Assembly (NCBI GenBank): GCA_032128375.1
Contig: JAQBGU010000071.1
Coordinates: 1-33,105, forward strand
Direction of reading: 5' to 3'
Length of the DNA stretch: 33,105 bases
Source of the DNA: Deltaproteobacteria bacterium
Lineage (GTDB): Bacteria; Myxococcota_A; UBA9160; SMWR01
Shown one piece after another: positions 1 to 9,455 of this stretch; the first letter of the stretch is position 1; each line of letters begins with the position of its first letter. A program made the translations under genes and the position numbers. Under the pieces are notes generated by a model. It made no database searches and had not been told where the DNA came from. It saw only the letters and a list, made by a program, of their open reading frames with translations.

Positions 1-336
1 CCCGCCCTGATCCGAAACGGGCTCCACGGTGGAGAGTTCGGAGGCGGTGGCGAGGACTCTGGCACCCCGCGCGGGCTGCGCGGAAGGGTGATCCCCCACG
101 CGCGTGCACTCGAGTCGCCTGCGGCGGCGGCGATCTCGCTCTCGATCCCGGTGGTCGAGGCGTCCTTCTGGGCTCTAGCGGTGACGGCGCCGAGCGCGTC
201 GCAAGCTGTCGCGCCGCGTGGGTCTCGAGCACGACTCGCCACAGTAAACCTGGCCCGGATCGCAGTGCGAGCAGATCGCGAACACGGTGTGGCAGCGCGG
301 GCAACGCGCTTGCCGAGCCGTCTCGGCCGCCTCCAT
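1..336 (-). pseudogene. Cys-rich/Arg-rich accessory ORF of the kind found upstream of IS21 istA; in-frame TAG at 175-177; runs off the window
   Basis: ATG at 336 gives MEAAETARQARCPRCHTVFAICSHCDPGQVYCGESCSRPTRRDSLRRARRRHR*. The same frame continues open past the TAG (SPEGRLDHRDRERDRRRR...RVGDHPS...) to position 1. This matches my recollection of the CxRC..ICxxCDxGxxYC..C..RRxQxSxxGRxxH family associated with IS21 elements. Confidence 0.55.
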
Positions 337-674
337 CGCCCAGTCGCCCCCCCCAAGAAGAGGAAGACGCGCCGGCCCCAGAAGCCCGAAAACGTGCGAC
401 AATTGGAGTCGGTCGAGGCTACGCCTTCTAAGACATGACTCGTCCACTCGAGGACCCGGAGCTCGTACTCTGGGTCCTCACTTGATTAGGGGCACGGTAG
501 GACATTGGGTCGTGTCGCGAGCGGCGATGACGATGGGCTGCTGCACAAGCGCGGCCCAGCCCCTTCGGTCCTTCGGTAGCCGGGTCGGCACATCGAATTT
601 TTTGGGACGCAGGCCGGGTCGCGAGCGGGACACCCGGGGGCTGCCCGCCCCCGGACCCCCGGTCATGAATGACA
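1..674 (-). mobile_element. Probable left end of an IS21-family element (transposase outside the window)
   Basis: The minus strand begins TGTCATTCATGACC at 674 (TG terminus), followed by a GC hairpin CCGGGGG-CGGGCAG-CCCCCGG and the IS21-associated ORF. The right end is not visible. Confidence 0.4.
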
Positions 675-935
675 GAAGAACAGGTCAGGCCCGAACCCCG
701 GACGGGCTACTCCACGGCGAGATGCTCAGAAAACGTCACTTCTACGCGATCGTTTACAGTGTTCGACGCATCGACGTCGGCACGGATAGAAGGTGGTTCG
801 GCAAGTCCGGACGCATCGCGAAGCCGCCAGAAACATCCTCGACGAACTTCCGAAGGGAGAGATGCGTATGTAGAATCAAAAAGTCAGCCGCGGAGGTTGA
901 CAGTACGGCCAACATCGAAGGCGGCGGAAATTACG

Positions 936-1313
936 GTGACAAACCGCGTTGTCTACAGCGGAGTCTTTCTCTTCGTAACGGGCGCCGCCCTCGCCGCGAT
1001 TCACGGCACAGTCCTTGCGCGCCACGCTGCCGCCCAAACGACACCGGAAAATTCCAGTCAGCTTGCCTGCGACTTGGCTCAGTCAATCGCTATCGCGAGC
1101 CCAGGAACCTCAATCCAGCGCAGCACCGGTGTGTTCACCCACGAGGCGCTTCGGGAACCGGTTCGTGGGTGCCGTCTCGTGATCACAGGGTCCTTCCAAA
1201 ATTCGCCGCCTGGCGAAGATGCAGCCAACCGCTTGCGCGATGGTTTTACGGCCAACGGGTGGCAGGAGATGCCAGCATACTCAGCCGACGGAAAGGACGG
1301 CACAGCCTTCGCG
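936..1313 (+). pseudogene. 5' part of an exported hypothetical protein, truncated and fused in frame to IS30 transposase sequence
   Basis: GTG at 936, signal-peptide-like segment (VVYSGVFLFVTGAALAAIHG...AAA|Q), globular region ending ...ADGKDGTAFA, then an abrupt switch to transposase residues. Confidence 0.55.
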
Positions 1314-1349
1314 CAGCTCGCTGATTCCGTTTCCGGACGTCGAGACCGC

Positions 1350-1705
1350 CAGCAACACGGCCAGATCGTCGATGCCGTTTCCATCCGCGAACGTCCTGCC
1401 GCGATCGAAGACCGTGCGGTTCCCGGCCACTGGGAGGGAGATCTCATTTCCGGCTCGCATGACACGCACGTCGCGACGCTTGTCGAGCACCAGTCTCGGT
1501 TTATGATGCTGGTGAAGGTAGAGAGCAAGGGTACGCAGACCGTGGTGAAAAATTTAATCAAGAAAATTGGACGGCTACCTGCGGAGCTGCGGAAGTCCTT
1601 ACCTGGGACCGTGGGCTGGAGATGGCCGGGCACAGAGAGTTCTCGGTGGCAACCGACGTCGAGGTTTACTTCTGCGATCCACAGAGCCCTTGGCAGCGTG
1701 GAACA
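1350..1705 (+). mobile_element. IS30-family transposase internal fragment (catalytic core, frameshifted)
   Basis: GQIVDAVSIRERPAAIEDRAVPGHWEGDLI..TLVE..SRF..LRKSL, then a 1-nt frameshift at ~1600 into [35 protein letters not shown]. These are hallmark IS30 DDE motifs. Truncated at both ends. Confidence 0.9.
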
Positions 1706-1950
1706 TTTCGTGCCTCCTCGGCGCGTCTCTCATCGCCTTCCAGACGAATCGCGATCGTACGCCTCCGCAGTATTCAGTACCGGTGTGAAAGAGATCACAG
1801 TACTCGACTCAGGCTCTACATAGATTTGGCAACTGTCTTTGCGGCAAAAGGTCGAGAAAATCAGAGGAAAGACGATGAACCGAAACAAGCTCAGAAGTCG
1901 AGTCCCGATCGAGAATCGGATGCTCGCCGTCCAACGAGCACCACTCGGAT

Positions 1951-3378
1951 TCAGTCCAGAGCGATTGAGGGACGCGGAAATTCCGGCAGCGCTGCTTCGA
2001 CCAGCGCCATGACCGCCAGTACGATGTCTTCGCGCCATGGGTTCGCGACTATCTGGACGCCAATGGGCAGTCCCTCGCTCGACGTCCCGGCACGAACGAC
2101 GCCAGCGGGCCATCCCGTGACGTCGAAGACGTCTGTATAGCTCCCATCCGGAAACGGGTGATCGCCTGCCTTCGGTAGGGCGGGCGCCGGGTGCGGATTG
2201 ACCGGCGACACGAGCACATCGTACTGAGCCATCTGCTGGAGCAGGCGACTACGGTGATCCTCGACCCGAACCAACTGGTCGTTCAGCGCTTGCGCCGAAA
2301 CGTGAAAGTACTTGCTGCGCCACTCGCTGAACTCTTGCGCGGAGACGTCATTTGGATCGAGTTCCTTCAACCAGTTGTTCGCTACGTCCTCCGGCTTCGT
2401 CCCGGCGGCCCGTGTGATCTCTGTGATGAACGCGTAACCGCCGACGCTGAGCAGCCCGCCAACGATATCCGATGTGTCGGGAATGCCTTCCAAACGATCG
2501 CGCCGCACGTCCAGTCCTGCGTCCTCCAACAGTGCTTCGGTATTCCTCAATGCGGACTGCGTCTCCTCGTCCGGTTCCGAGACGCCATTGCTGATCATCA
2601 CCGCACAGCGCAAGCCCTTCAATTCCACCCGTTCAGGGTTCGGGAAGGGAACGGGCGCAATCGTCGTATCGATCGAGTCCGGCCCCCAGATCACCGGTAG
2701 GATCAGACTGAGATCGGCGACCTTCCGTGCCATCGGTCCCACATGGCTCATGAAATCCATCAACCAACCCGGCGGCAGGCACAGTCCGGTCCTCGGTACG
2801 CTGCCGCTCGTCGGCTTGATACCGACGGTTCCACAGAAGTGCGAGGGCACGCGAATACTGCCGCCGAAATCCGTGCCGATGTCGAAACTCGTCAGACCGC
2901 AGGCTATGGCCGCGGCGGCCCCACCGCTGCTGCCTCCGGGAGATCGAGTCAGGTCATAAGGGTTTTTCGTGAAACCGTGAATCTTGTTGTAGGTCGAGAA
3001 ACTCAGGGTGAATTCCGGCGTGTTGGTCTTACCCAGCAAAACGGCGCCGGCAGACTTCAACCTCCCGACCACGGTTGCGTCTTTGTTGGGCACGAAGCCC
3101 TTCCGCCCGAGGGTCCCCCACGTCGACGGAACCCCGGCGGTGTCGAAGCAATCCTTGATCGTCATCGGTACGCCGTGCAGCGGCCCGTCGCACTGGCCCT
3201 TGGCGAGCCTTGCGTCGGCTCGCCTTGCGGCGTGGATGGCGTCATCCGCCAGTGCTACTGCGGCGTTCAATGCAGGATTGATTTTTTCGATGCGGTGCAG
3301 GTACTCCTCGACCAGTTCCTCGCTGGTGATCTCGCCATCGCGGAGTCTGCGAGCAAGCGTCGACGCGGATTGAAACAT
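1951..3378 (-). CDS. Amidase signature family enzyme
   Basis: [28 protein letters not shown] and [11 protein letters not shown] motifs (Ser-cisSer-Lys triad). ATG at 3378 is preceded by GGTGGAG. Confidence 0.93.
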   Translation of the reverse strand: MFQSASTLARRLRDGEITSEELVEEYLHRIEKINPALNAAVALADDAIHAARRADARLAKGQCDGPLHGVPMTIKDCFDTAGVPSTWGTLGRKGFVPNKDATVVGRLKSAGAVLLGKTNTPEFTLSFSTYNKIHGFTKNPYDLTRSPGGSSGGAAAAIACGLTSFDIGTDFGGSIRVPSHFCGTVGIKPTSGSVPRTGLCLPPGWLMDFMSHVGPMARKVADLSLILPVIWGPDSIDTTIAPVPFPNPERVELKGLRCAVMISNGVSEPDEETQSALRNTEALLEDAGLDVRRDRLEGIPDTSDIVGGLLSVGGYAFITEITRAAGTKPEDVANNWLKELDPNDVSAQEFSEWRSKYFHVSAQALNDQLVRVEDHRSRLLQQMAQYDVLVSPVNPHPAPALPKAGDHPFPDGSYTDVFDVTGWPAGVVRAGTSSEGLPIGVQIVANPWREDIVLAVMALVEAALPEFPRPSIALD

Positions 3379-3571
3379 GACTCTCCACCATGAGTACCGC
3401 AAAGGGCCGCTAGCGTACGCCGATTCCAAGCATTCTCACAGCGCGCAGGATCAAGATGAACCGAACAGAGATCCCCGCATCGCCCGACCTCGTTGCCCTT
3501 GATTCGGAAGAAATCACGGTCTGTGCCGTCGTGCTTGCAGTGCCTCCCGCGGAATCGCGACTCGTCCGTAT

Positions 3572-4399
3572 TCACGCGGCGATCTCAGCCGCGTTCATCA
3601 CGATCTGGCGCTGCGGGCAGGGGAGTGCGGAACCCGCAGATTCGATAGCGGATTTCATTTTCTCGGGCAGCTCGAAGCGGAGGTCCCAGTAGTCCTCAAT
3701 GCGACACCACGGGCGCACGACGAGCCGAACCGAGGTGTCGCCGAAGTCGCTGGTAGCCACGCTGGGTTCGGGCGTTTCGAGCACGCGGTCTTCTCCGCGG
3801 AGTAAGGTCGCGATTGCCTCGCGCGCTGCAGCAATCGGCGAATCGACCGCGATCTCGATCTCGAGGTCCAGCCGGCGCGAGCCGTTGGTCGACCAGTTGC
3901 GAATCGATTGCTCTGCGACATGCGCGTTAGGAATTACGACGCGAATGTTGTCGCGTGTATCCAGCTGGGTCGAGAACACTCCCATCTCGACGACGAAACC
4001 GACGTCGTCGCCGATCTCGACGTAGTCACCGATTTTGTAGGGGCGAAAGATGAACATCATCACGCCCGAGGCGAGATTCGACAGGGAACCCTGCAATGCA
4101 AGCCCGATCGCCAGGCTCGATGCACCCAGCACCGTGATCAGCGACGCGGTTTCGATCCCCACGATGCCGCAGACCGAGATGAGTACGATCGAGAGGATCC
4201 CATAGTAGGCGAATTTGCCCAGGAAGCCTGCGAGTGATTCGTCGAGCGTCACCCCGGCACTGCGCCGGATCGCTCTCGCGCCGATTCGCGCGATGAATAC
4301 CCCGGCTGCGAGAATCGCGATCCCGCCCAGTACTTTCAGGCTCCAGGCCGAGATGACCTGAATCAAACTTTGCAAGCTCTCGATCGATATGGCGTCCAC
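3572..4399 (-). CDS. mscS: Small-conductance mechanosensitive channel (MscS family)
   Basis: Three TM helices, LGASSLAIGLALQGSLSNLASG, RPYKIGDYVEIG and IPN motifs. GTG at 4399 with GGGAGG RBS. Confidence 0.92.
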   Translation of the reverse strand: MDAISIESLQSLIQVISAWSLKVLGGIAILAAGVFIARIGARAIRRSAGVTLDESLAGFLGKFAYYGILSIVLISVCGIVGIETASLITVLGASSLAIGLALQGSLSNLASGVMMFIFRPYKIGDYVEIGDDVGFVVEMGVFSTQLDTRDNIRVVIPNAHVAEQSIRNWSTNGSRRLDLEIEIAVDSPIAAAREAIATLLRGEDRVLETPEPSVATSDFGDTSVRLVVRPWCRIEDYWDLRFELPEKMKSAIESAGSALPCPQRQIVMNAAEIAA

Positions 4400-4414
4400 T
4401 GGGACCTCCCGTTG

Positions 4415-4491
4415 TCCTGACATTGTGCTGACATGATCCTGCCACGGTCCTGCCACGGTCCTGTCACGGTCCTGTCACTGTGCTGACTCGG
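4415..4491. repeat. Seven imperfect 11-bp tandem units (TSCTGHCA core) immediately upstream of mscS
   Basis: tcctgacattg tgctgacatga tcctgccacgg tcctgccacgg tcctgtcacgg tcctgtcactg tgctgactcgg. Confidence 0.85.
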
Positions 4492-4592
4492 GGAGGTCGG
4501 GTTCGAGCGCCATGGCCCCGCGAGCGCGTGCTGCGAGTTTATCAGGAAACGTTTCCGGAGTGGAGATGCGGTTGCGTTTGACCTCGGTCGTA

Positions 4593-4634
4593 GAGTTTCG
4601 CATATGGAGTTTCGCATATGGAGTTTCGTACCTG
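4593..4634. repeat. 14-bp tandem repeat x3
   Basis: gagtttcgcatatg gagtttcgcatatg gagtttcgtacctg. Confidence 0.85.
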
Positions 4635-4775
4635 GAAAGGAAGGCTGCGGATGACTCGGCGGGCCGGCGAACGAGATTGGTGCGCCGAACGAGAGAGCTA
4701 AAGCGAGAGTTGCGTCAGGACGAATACGCAGGCGTCGATCCGTTTTCCACTTCCTTCTTCTGGAGGCGCCAGAAC

Positions 4776-5063
4776 ATGCGCGACCGAAGCACCATTCTTG
4801 CAGGAATCGCCGTTCTTCTCCTTTGCCTGCTCGGCCCTGGAACGGCATTCGCTAGTGTGAAGTGCCAGTGCAACAACGGCACGCTCGCACACGCGATGAG
4901 CGCCGACTACGACGACTCCGATGTCGAGGACAGCTGCAACGATGCGTGCAGCTCATCAGGTGGTGGCAGGGTCTGGAACGTCGACACTGACGACGATGAC
5001 AGCGGTAGCCTCACCGTTCGTCCGGGCAATCAAGCCCCTGTGAGACCCGTTCCCCGGCGCTGA
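4776..5063 (+). CDS. Small exported Cys/Asp-rich protein (95 aa), unknown function
   Basis: GGAGG RBS at 4762-4766, ATG at 4776, Sec signal ending AFA|S, mature part with CQC and CNDAC. Confidence 0.75.
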   Translation: MRDRSTILAGIAVLLLCLLGPGTAFASVKCQCNNGTLAHAMSADYDDSDVEDSCNDACSSSGGGRVWNVDTDDDDSGSLTVRPGNQAPVRPVPRR

Positions 5064-5327
5064 TTCGATACGGAGCTTGCTTGGGTCGGCACACGATTTC
5101 AGCTCCGGCGAGCTTCGCTGCCGACGCAGCTGAGCCCGCTACGACGCGACGCGAGCGGATGGACGACTTCGAGGGAAATCCCATCGACCTCGCGGTAAAC
5201 AGGGATTTCTGCATCGGCCAGGTGTGCCAGGGTATCCAAACGCTCGCGTGGCACTGGAATCGACCCCGCTTGCCCTCATCGGGTGGGCCGTCGTCGCCGA
5301 GCCGTCACCACGCATTGCGTCGTCGGA

Positions 5328-5783
5328 TCATCTCTTTTCCAGAAGAAGCTTCATTTTCGCGAGTGTCTCTTCGTGCGACTTGCGCGCCTGGTCGATGACG
5401 AAGCGGCGCAGAAGGCGAGGGGCTCGGACTGACACGCGTTCGACCAGCCGCGTACCCGAATCCGTATCCTGCAACGCGTAGACGGTGTGCAGGCGAACGC
5501 CCGGCGTTTGCCACGCGTGTCCGTGGACTTCGTGCTCGCTCACCGGCTCGAGCGCGGCAGTGTAGACCGTACGAAGCCGCAGCGGACCCAACGGAATCCG
5601 ATCGACGACGCGGTAGCGACGTGCGCGCGGCACTGCGTCGCTCGGCGAGATCTCTTCGATCGATTCGATCAATGGATGGAGCGGAACGTAGTTGTGCAGG
5701 TCGCACAGAAATGCATACAGCCCGGTGCGGGGGATGCGAATCTCGATCTCCGCGACGAAGTCCGGGGACGGCATCCCGCTCAC
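5328..5783 (-). CDS. SRPBCC/polyketide cyclase-like ligand-binding protein
   Basis: ~150 aa with LYAFLCDLHNYVPLHPLI..., GTRLVERV and a C-terminal long helix. The start could be GTG 5783 or ATG 5774. Confidence 0.8.
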   Translation of the reverse strand: MSGMPSPDFVAEIEIRIPRTGLYAFLCDLHNYVPLHPLIESIEEISPSDAVPRARRYRVVDRIPLGPLRLRTVYTAALEPVSEHEVHGHAWQTPGVRLHTVYALQDTDSGTRLVERVSVRAPRLLRRFVIDQARKSHEETLAKMKLLLEKR

Positions 5784-5816
5784 GTCTGCGCCTGTCTGGT
5801 TCGCGCCGTGGTCAGG

Positions 5817-5852
5817 TACGTCACTCCATACGTCACTCCCTACGTCACTCCA
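5817..5852. repeat. 12-bp tandem repeat x3 between BVMO and SRPBCC genes
   Basis: tacgtcactcca tacgtcactccc tacgtcactcca. Confidence 0.85.
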
Positions 5853-5867
5853 TGTGTGAAAGGATCG

Positions 5868-7682
5868 CTACCCGATTTCCAGACCTTCCAACTCACCCGT
5901 CGCGCGCCAGTCTCGCAACAGCTGGAAGAACTGCATCGCGCCGCCGCCGAAGCTACCACCAAACCAGCCGGGCCCTGCATCGGGTTGGCCCTCGTTGTTG
6001 TAGTAGCCGGGTGTGCACCCGTCGAGGAAGCCGCCCGTCATTCCGCCCTGCTGGATCGTGCGAACCCAGCCGGCTTCGGCTTCTGCCGAGGCATCGATGC
6101 TCTTGAATTCATGGCTCAGGACGTGCCCGACCACGTAGGCGATGTGCTGGCTCTGCTCGTTGTATAGCTCGGTGAAGTTCGGGGTCACGCCGGACTGCAT
6201 GCCGCCCAGGAAGAAGCAATTCGGAAAGCCACGGCTGAACATGCCGTGAAACGTCGAGACGCCGTCGGTCCATTTTTCCGTCAGCGTCAGCCCACCGCGA
6301 CCCACGATTTCGCAACGCGCGCGTCGCGCGTAGTCGGTCCCTACTTCGAAGCCGGTCGCGTAGATCAGGCAATCGAGCGGGTACTCCGTGCCGTCGACCA
6401 CGACGCCAGTCCGGGTAATGCGCTCGACTCCTTCCCCCTGCGTATCCACCAGTGTCACGTTCGGCCGATCGAACGTCGGCAGGTAGTTGTCGTGGAAGCA
6501 AGGTCGTTTGCAGAACTGCCGGTAGTAGGGTTTCAGCGATTCGGCGGTATCCGGGTCGCTGACGAAGGAATCCACACGAGCGCGGATCTGCTCCATCTTC
6601 TGAAAGTCCGCGAGCTCCACTTTCTTCGCGATTTCTTCCATCGAAGTTCCGAGGTCACCGCTGGCCGCCAACCCCGACAGGTTCCGGATAATGTCGGTCC
6701 AGCCGTCGCTGACCATGTCTTCTTCCGCAAAACCACCCGACACCAGTGTGCTGAAGTTGTCGATTCGCTTCTGCTGCCAGCCAGGCTCCAGGCTCTCCGC
6801 CCATTTCGGGTCGGTCGGCTGATTGCCACGCACGTCGATCGACGACGGCGTGCGCTGAAACACGTAGAGGTGTTCGGCTACCTCGCCGAGATGCGGGATG
6901 CTCTGGACCGATGTTGCGCCGGTGCCGATCACTCCGACGCGTTTGTCGGCGAGCCGTGTCAGCTTTCCGTTCGTGTCGCCACCTGTGTAGCCGTAGTCCC
7001 AGCGACTGGTGTGAAAGGAACGTCCCTCGAACGAATCGATGCCGGGGATGCCCGGCAGCTTCGGTCGACTCAACGGGCCGTTCGCGACGATTGCGAAGCG
7101 CGCCTTCATTCGGTCGTCGCGGTTGGTGGACAGAATCCATCGGGACTCACTTTCGTCCCAGCGCATTTCGGTCACCTGGGTCCGGAAGCACGCGTTGCCG
7201 TACAGGTCGAAGTGCTTCGCGATCGCTTGCGCGTGCGCGAAGATCTCCGGCCCATGCGCGTACTTTTCGGTGGGGATGTACGCGAGTTCTTCGAGCAGCG
7301 GCAGGTAGATGTACGACTCGATATCGCACTGCACGCCGGGGTAGCGGTTCCAGTACCAGGTTCCGCCGACGTCGCCTCCGGTTTCGATCAGGCGGATGCT
7401 ATCGACACCGGCCTGGCGTAAGCGCGCGCCGGTGCACAGGCCACTGAAACCGGCGCCGATGATCGCAACGTCGATTTCGTCCGTCAGCGGCTCGCGCGAA
7501 AATCCGGGTTCGACATAGGGATCGTCGAGAAAGTGAGCGACATCGCCTGCGACCTCCATGTACTGGTTGTTGCCGTCGGCCCGAAGGCGCTTGTCGCGCT
7601 CGCGGTGGTATTTCGCCCGCAACGCATCGGGATCGAAACCCAGCTCTGCCGGGTTCGGTTGCGCGGGTGCATCGACCGCCAT
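5868..7682 (-). CDS. Type I Baeyer-Villiger monooxygenase (FAD/NADPH)
   Basis: GAGFSG, GGTWYWNRYPG, fingerprint FEGRSFHTSRWD, GTGATS and ATGF motifs. GGAGG RBS. Confidence 0.95.
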   Translation of the reverse strand: MAVDAPAQPNPAELGFDPDALRAKYHRERDKRLRADGNNQYMEVAGDVAHFLDDPYVEPGFSREPLTDEIDVAIIGAGFSGLCTGARLRQAGVDSIRLIETGGDVGGTWYWNRYPGVQCDIESYIYLPLLEELAYIPTEKYAHGPEIFAHAQAIAKHFDLYGNACFRTQVTEMRWDESESRWILSTNRDDRMKARFAIVANGPLSRPKLPGIPGIDSFEGRSFHTSRWDYGYTGGDTNGKLTRLADKRVGVIGTGATSVQSIPHLGEVAEHLYVFQRTPSSIDVRGNQPTDPKWAESLEPGWQQKRIDNFSTLVSGGFAEEDMVSDGWTDIIRNLSGLAASGDLGTSMEEIAKKVELADFQKMEQIRARVDSFVSDPDTAESLKPYYRQFCKRPCFHDNYLPTFDRPNVTLVDTQGEGVERITRTGVVVDGTEYPLDCLIYATGFEVGTDYARRARCEIVGRGGLTLTEKWTDGVSTFHGMFSRGFPNCFFLGGMQSGVTPNFTELYNEQSQHIAYVVGHVLSHEFKSIDASAEAEAGWVRTIQQGGMTGGFLDGCTPGYYNNEGQPDAGPGWFGGSFGGGAMQFFQLLRDWRATGELEGLEIG

Positions 7683-7708
7683 CTACAGCTCCTCCAACAG
7701 CGTCGACG

Positions 7709-8584
7709 CTAGCCGCGCCGCCTTGCCATCTTTTCCCAGACCATCTCCGGTGCCTGGTCGATGCCGAGCAACGTGAGCGGATGCTCGCGATCGACATGGC
7801 CCATGACGTTTTTGTACATCGAGTATCCGATCAGCTCCTGGAGCTTTCGCGGATACTCGGCGACGACTTCGCGCGGTGTTCCGAGCATCAGATTCTGCTG
7901 CTGCCGACACCACCCGGCCACATACTGAATCGACAGGCCGTAGCGTTGCATGTCGGCCGTCGTATTGGCGCCGCCGCCGTGCCAGATGGACCCATGCAGG
8001 AACAGGGCGCTGCCCGCGGGCATCTCGGCGGCGATGCTCTCGTGGACTTCGCCCGGCCGCGGCATCTCGGGCCTGCGGTGCGACGCGGGAACGAGCCGTG
8101 TGGCGCCGGTCTCGGGCCGGAAGTCACTGAGCGCCCACAGCGTCGTGAGCAGTGTCGCGGGCTGCGGGCGCGGAAGCGTGATCATGCCGTCATCGGCGTG
8201 CAGCAGTTGCGGGGTTTCGCCGGGATCGATGTGCATCGAGGTCGTGCCGGACAGCAGGAACCCCTCGCCGAGGATAGCCTCCACCAGCTGGAGGACTTTG
8301 TCGTCGATCACGAGGTCGCGGAAGCTCGCGCCCCGCGCAATCAAGTTGAAGATGCGACGCGTATGGAAGCCCTCGAAGTCGTTCGCCCCATACGCGATCC
8401 CGTGGTCGACTTCGACGCGGTCGATGTCCGCCACGAGCGCGCGGCAACGTTCGAGGTCGATCAGGTCGGTGACGATCGCGTAGCCCACCGACTCGACTGC
8501 GTCGGCGACGCGGCGGTCGAGGTCGTCGTCTTCCGCAGAGAACCGCGTGTTCGAAGAAGTCGGCGTGGTGGGATGGCTCGCCAT
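7709..8584 (-). CDS. Phytanoyl-CoA dioxygenase (PhyH) family Fe(II)/2OG oxygenase
   Basis: QLLHADD (HxD), WALSDF..TGATRLVPASH, GSIWHGGGAN and R-containing C-terminal strand. Confidence 0.9.
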   Translation of the reverse strand: MASHPTTPTSSNTRFSAEDDDLDRRVADAVESVGYAIVTDLIDLERCRALVADIDRVEVDHGIAYGANDFEGFHTRRIFNLIARGASFRDLVIDDKVLQLVEAILGEGFLLSGTTSMHIDPGETPQLLHADDGMITLPRPQPATLLTTLWALSDFRPETGATRLVPASHRRPEMPRPGEVHESIAAEMPAGSALFLHGSIWHGGGANTTADMQRYGLSIQYVAGWCRQQQNLMLGTPREVVAEYPRKLQELIGYSMYKNVMGHVDREHPLTLLGIDQAPEMVWEKMARRRG

Positions 8585-8601
8585 GGGCTAACGCTAGCGC
8601 C

Positions 8602-9417
8602 GTGCCCAAGCAAGCAAAAGCCAAGCAAACAAGAGCCAAGCAGACAAAAGCCAAGCAGACAAGACCCGGGCAAACGGCCAAGCAGACAAAGCCGTCGTTC
8701 GAAGCGCTGCGGCCGCGCGACGCGGAACTCCTCGACAACCCGGTCTGGCATGCGCTGCACGGCCCACTCGAGCGCTTTGCCGAAAGGCGCGCGGCGGGTG
8801 GTCGGGCGTGTCGCTTCGATCCCGAGGTGTCGCCGTTTGCTGGGGTGGATCGCGTCGACGAGCGGGCTTGGGCTGCGCTCGCAGACCTCGTCGGGCGCGC
8901 CGGAATCGCGGTCCTGTTTCGCGACGAAGTACCCGCATCGCCCGAGGGATGGACCGAGCTGTTTCGGATCGCTGGTTACCAGATGATCGCCCGCGATCTA
9001 CCCGATGCCCCCAAGCTCGACGTCAGGCCGTTAGGCCCCGCGGATGCCGATGAGATCATGGAGCTGATCGCGTTGACCGAGCCCGGTCCCTTCCATCCTC
9101 GCACCCTCGAACTCGGAACCTACGTCGGCGTCCACCAGGCGGGTCGCCTCGTCGCGATGGCAGGGCAACGCTTTCAAGTGCCGGGTTGGTGCGAAATCTC
9201 GGCGGTGTGCGCGCATCCGGATGTGCAACGTCAGGGACTCGGCACAGCGCTGACGCTCTTTCTGGCCGCACTCATCCGCGAGCAAGGCAACCGGGCGCTG
9301 CTTCATGTGGTCGACACCAACGAGAAGGCGATCAGCCTCTACAAGAAGCTGGGCTTCGAGATCCGGCGCAAGGTCGCAGTGGTTGGCAACCAATGGCAGG
9401 CGCCGGCTCGGGGGTAG
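8602..9417 (+). CDS. GNAT family N-acetyltransferase (FR47-like) with repetitive N-terminus
   Basis: LDNPVWHAL, PGPF..RT.ELG.Y, EISAVCAHPDVQRQGLG, N..AISLYKKLGF. Confidence 0.88.
   Translation: MPKQAKAKQTRAKQTKAKQTRPGQTAKQTKPSFEALRPRDAELLDNPVWHALHGPLERFAERRAAGGRACRFDPEVSPFAGVDRVDERAWAALADLVGRAGIAVLFRDEVPASPEGWTELFRIAGYQMIARDLPDAPKLDVRPLGPADADEIMELIALTEPGPFHPRTLELGTYVGVHQAGRLVAMAGQRFQVPGWCEISAVCAHPDVQRQGLGTALTLFLAALIREQGNRALLHVVDTNEKAISLYKKLGFEIRRKVAVVGNQWQAPARG
8606..8691 (+). repeat. 15-bp tandem repeats encoding AKQT(K/R) units
   Basis: ccaagcaagcaaaag ccaagcaaacaagag ccaagcagacaaaag ccaagcagacaagac ... ccaagcagacaaag. Confidence 0.85.
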
Positions 9418-9455
9418 CGGGGCGCGGCAGCAGAATCCCGTATGCCGCCGCGTGG

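Noticed and set aside
175..177. Pyrrolysine or programmed readthrough at the in-frame TAG
   Set aside because: A single CAG-to-TAG change in a mobile-element gene is simpler, and there is no pyl machinery in the window.
1951..3378. gatA
   Set aside because: No gatB/gatC neighbours and no GatA-specific motifs. Called a generic amidase.
5081..5327. Possible small ORF or remnant (MDDFEGNPIDLAVNRDFCIGQVC...)
   Set aside because: No RBS, no recognisable family, and it overlaps the convergent SRPBCC gene. It cannot be supported.
5328..8584. BVMO + PhyH + SRPBCC as a pentalenolactone-like biosynthetic cluster
   Set aside because: No terpene synthase, PKS/NRPS or other scaffold enzyme is present. 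These families are common catabolic paralogues.
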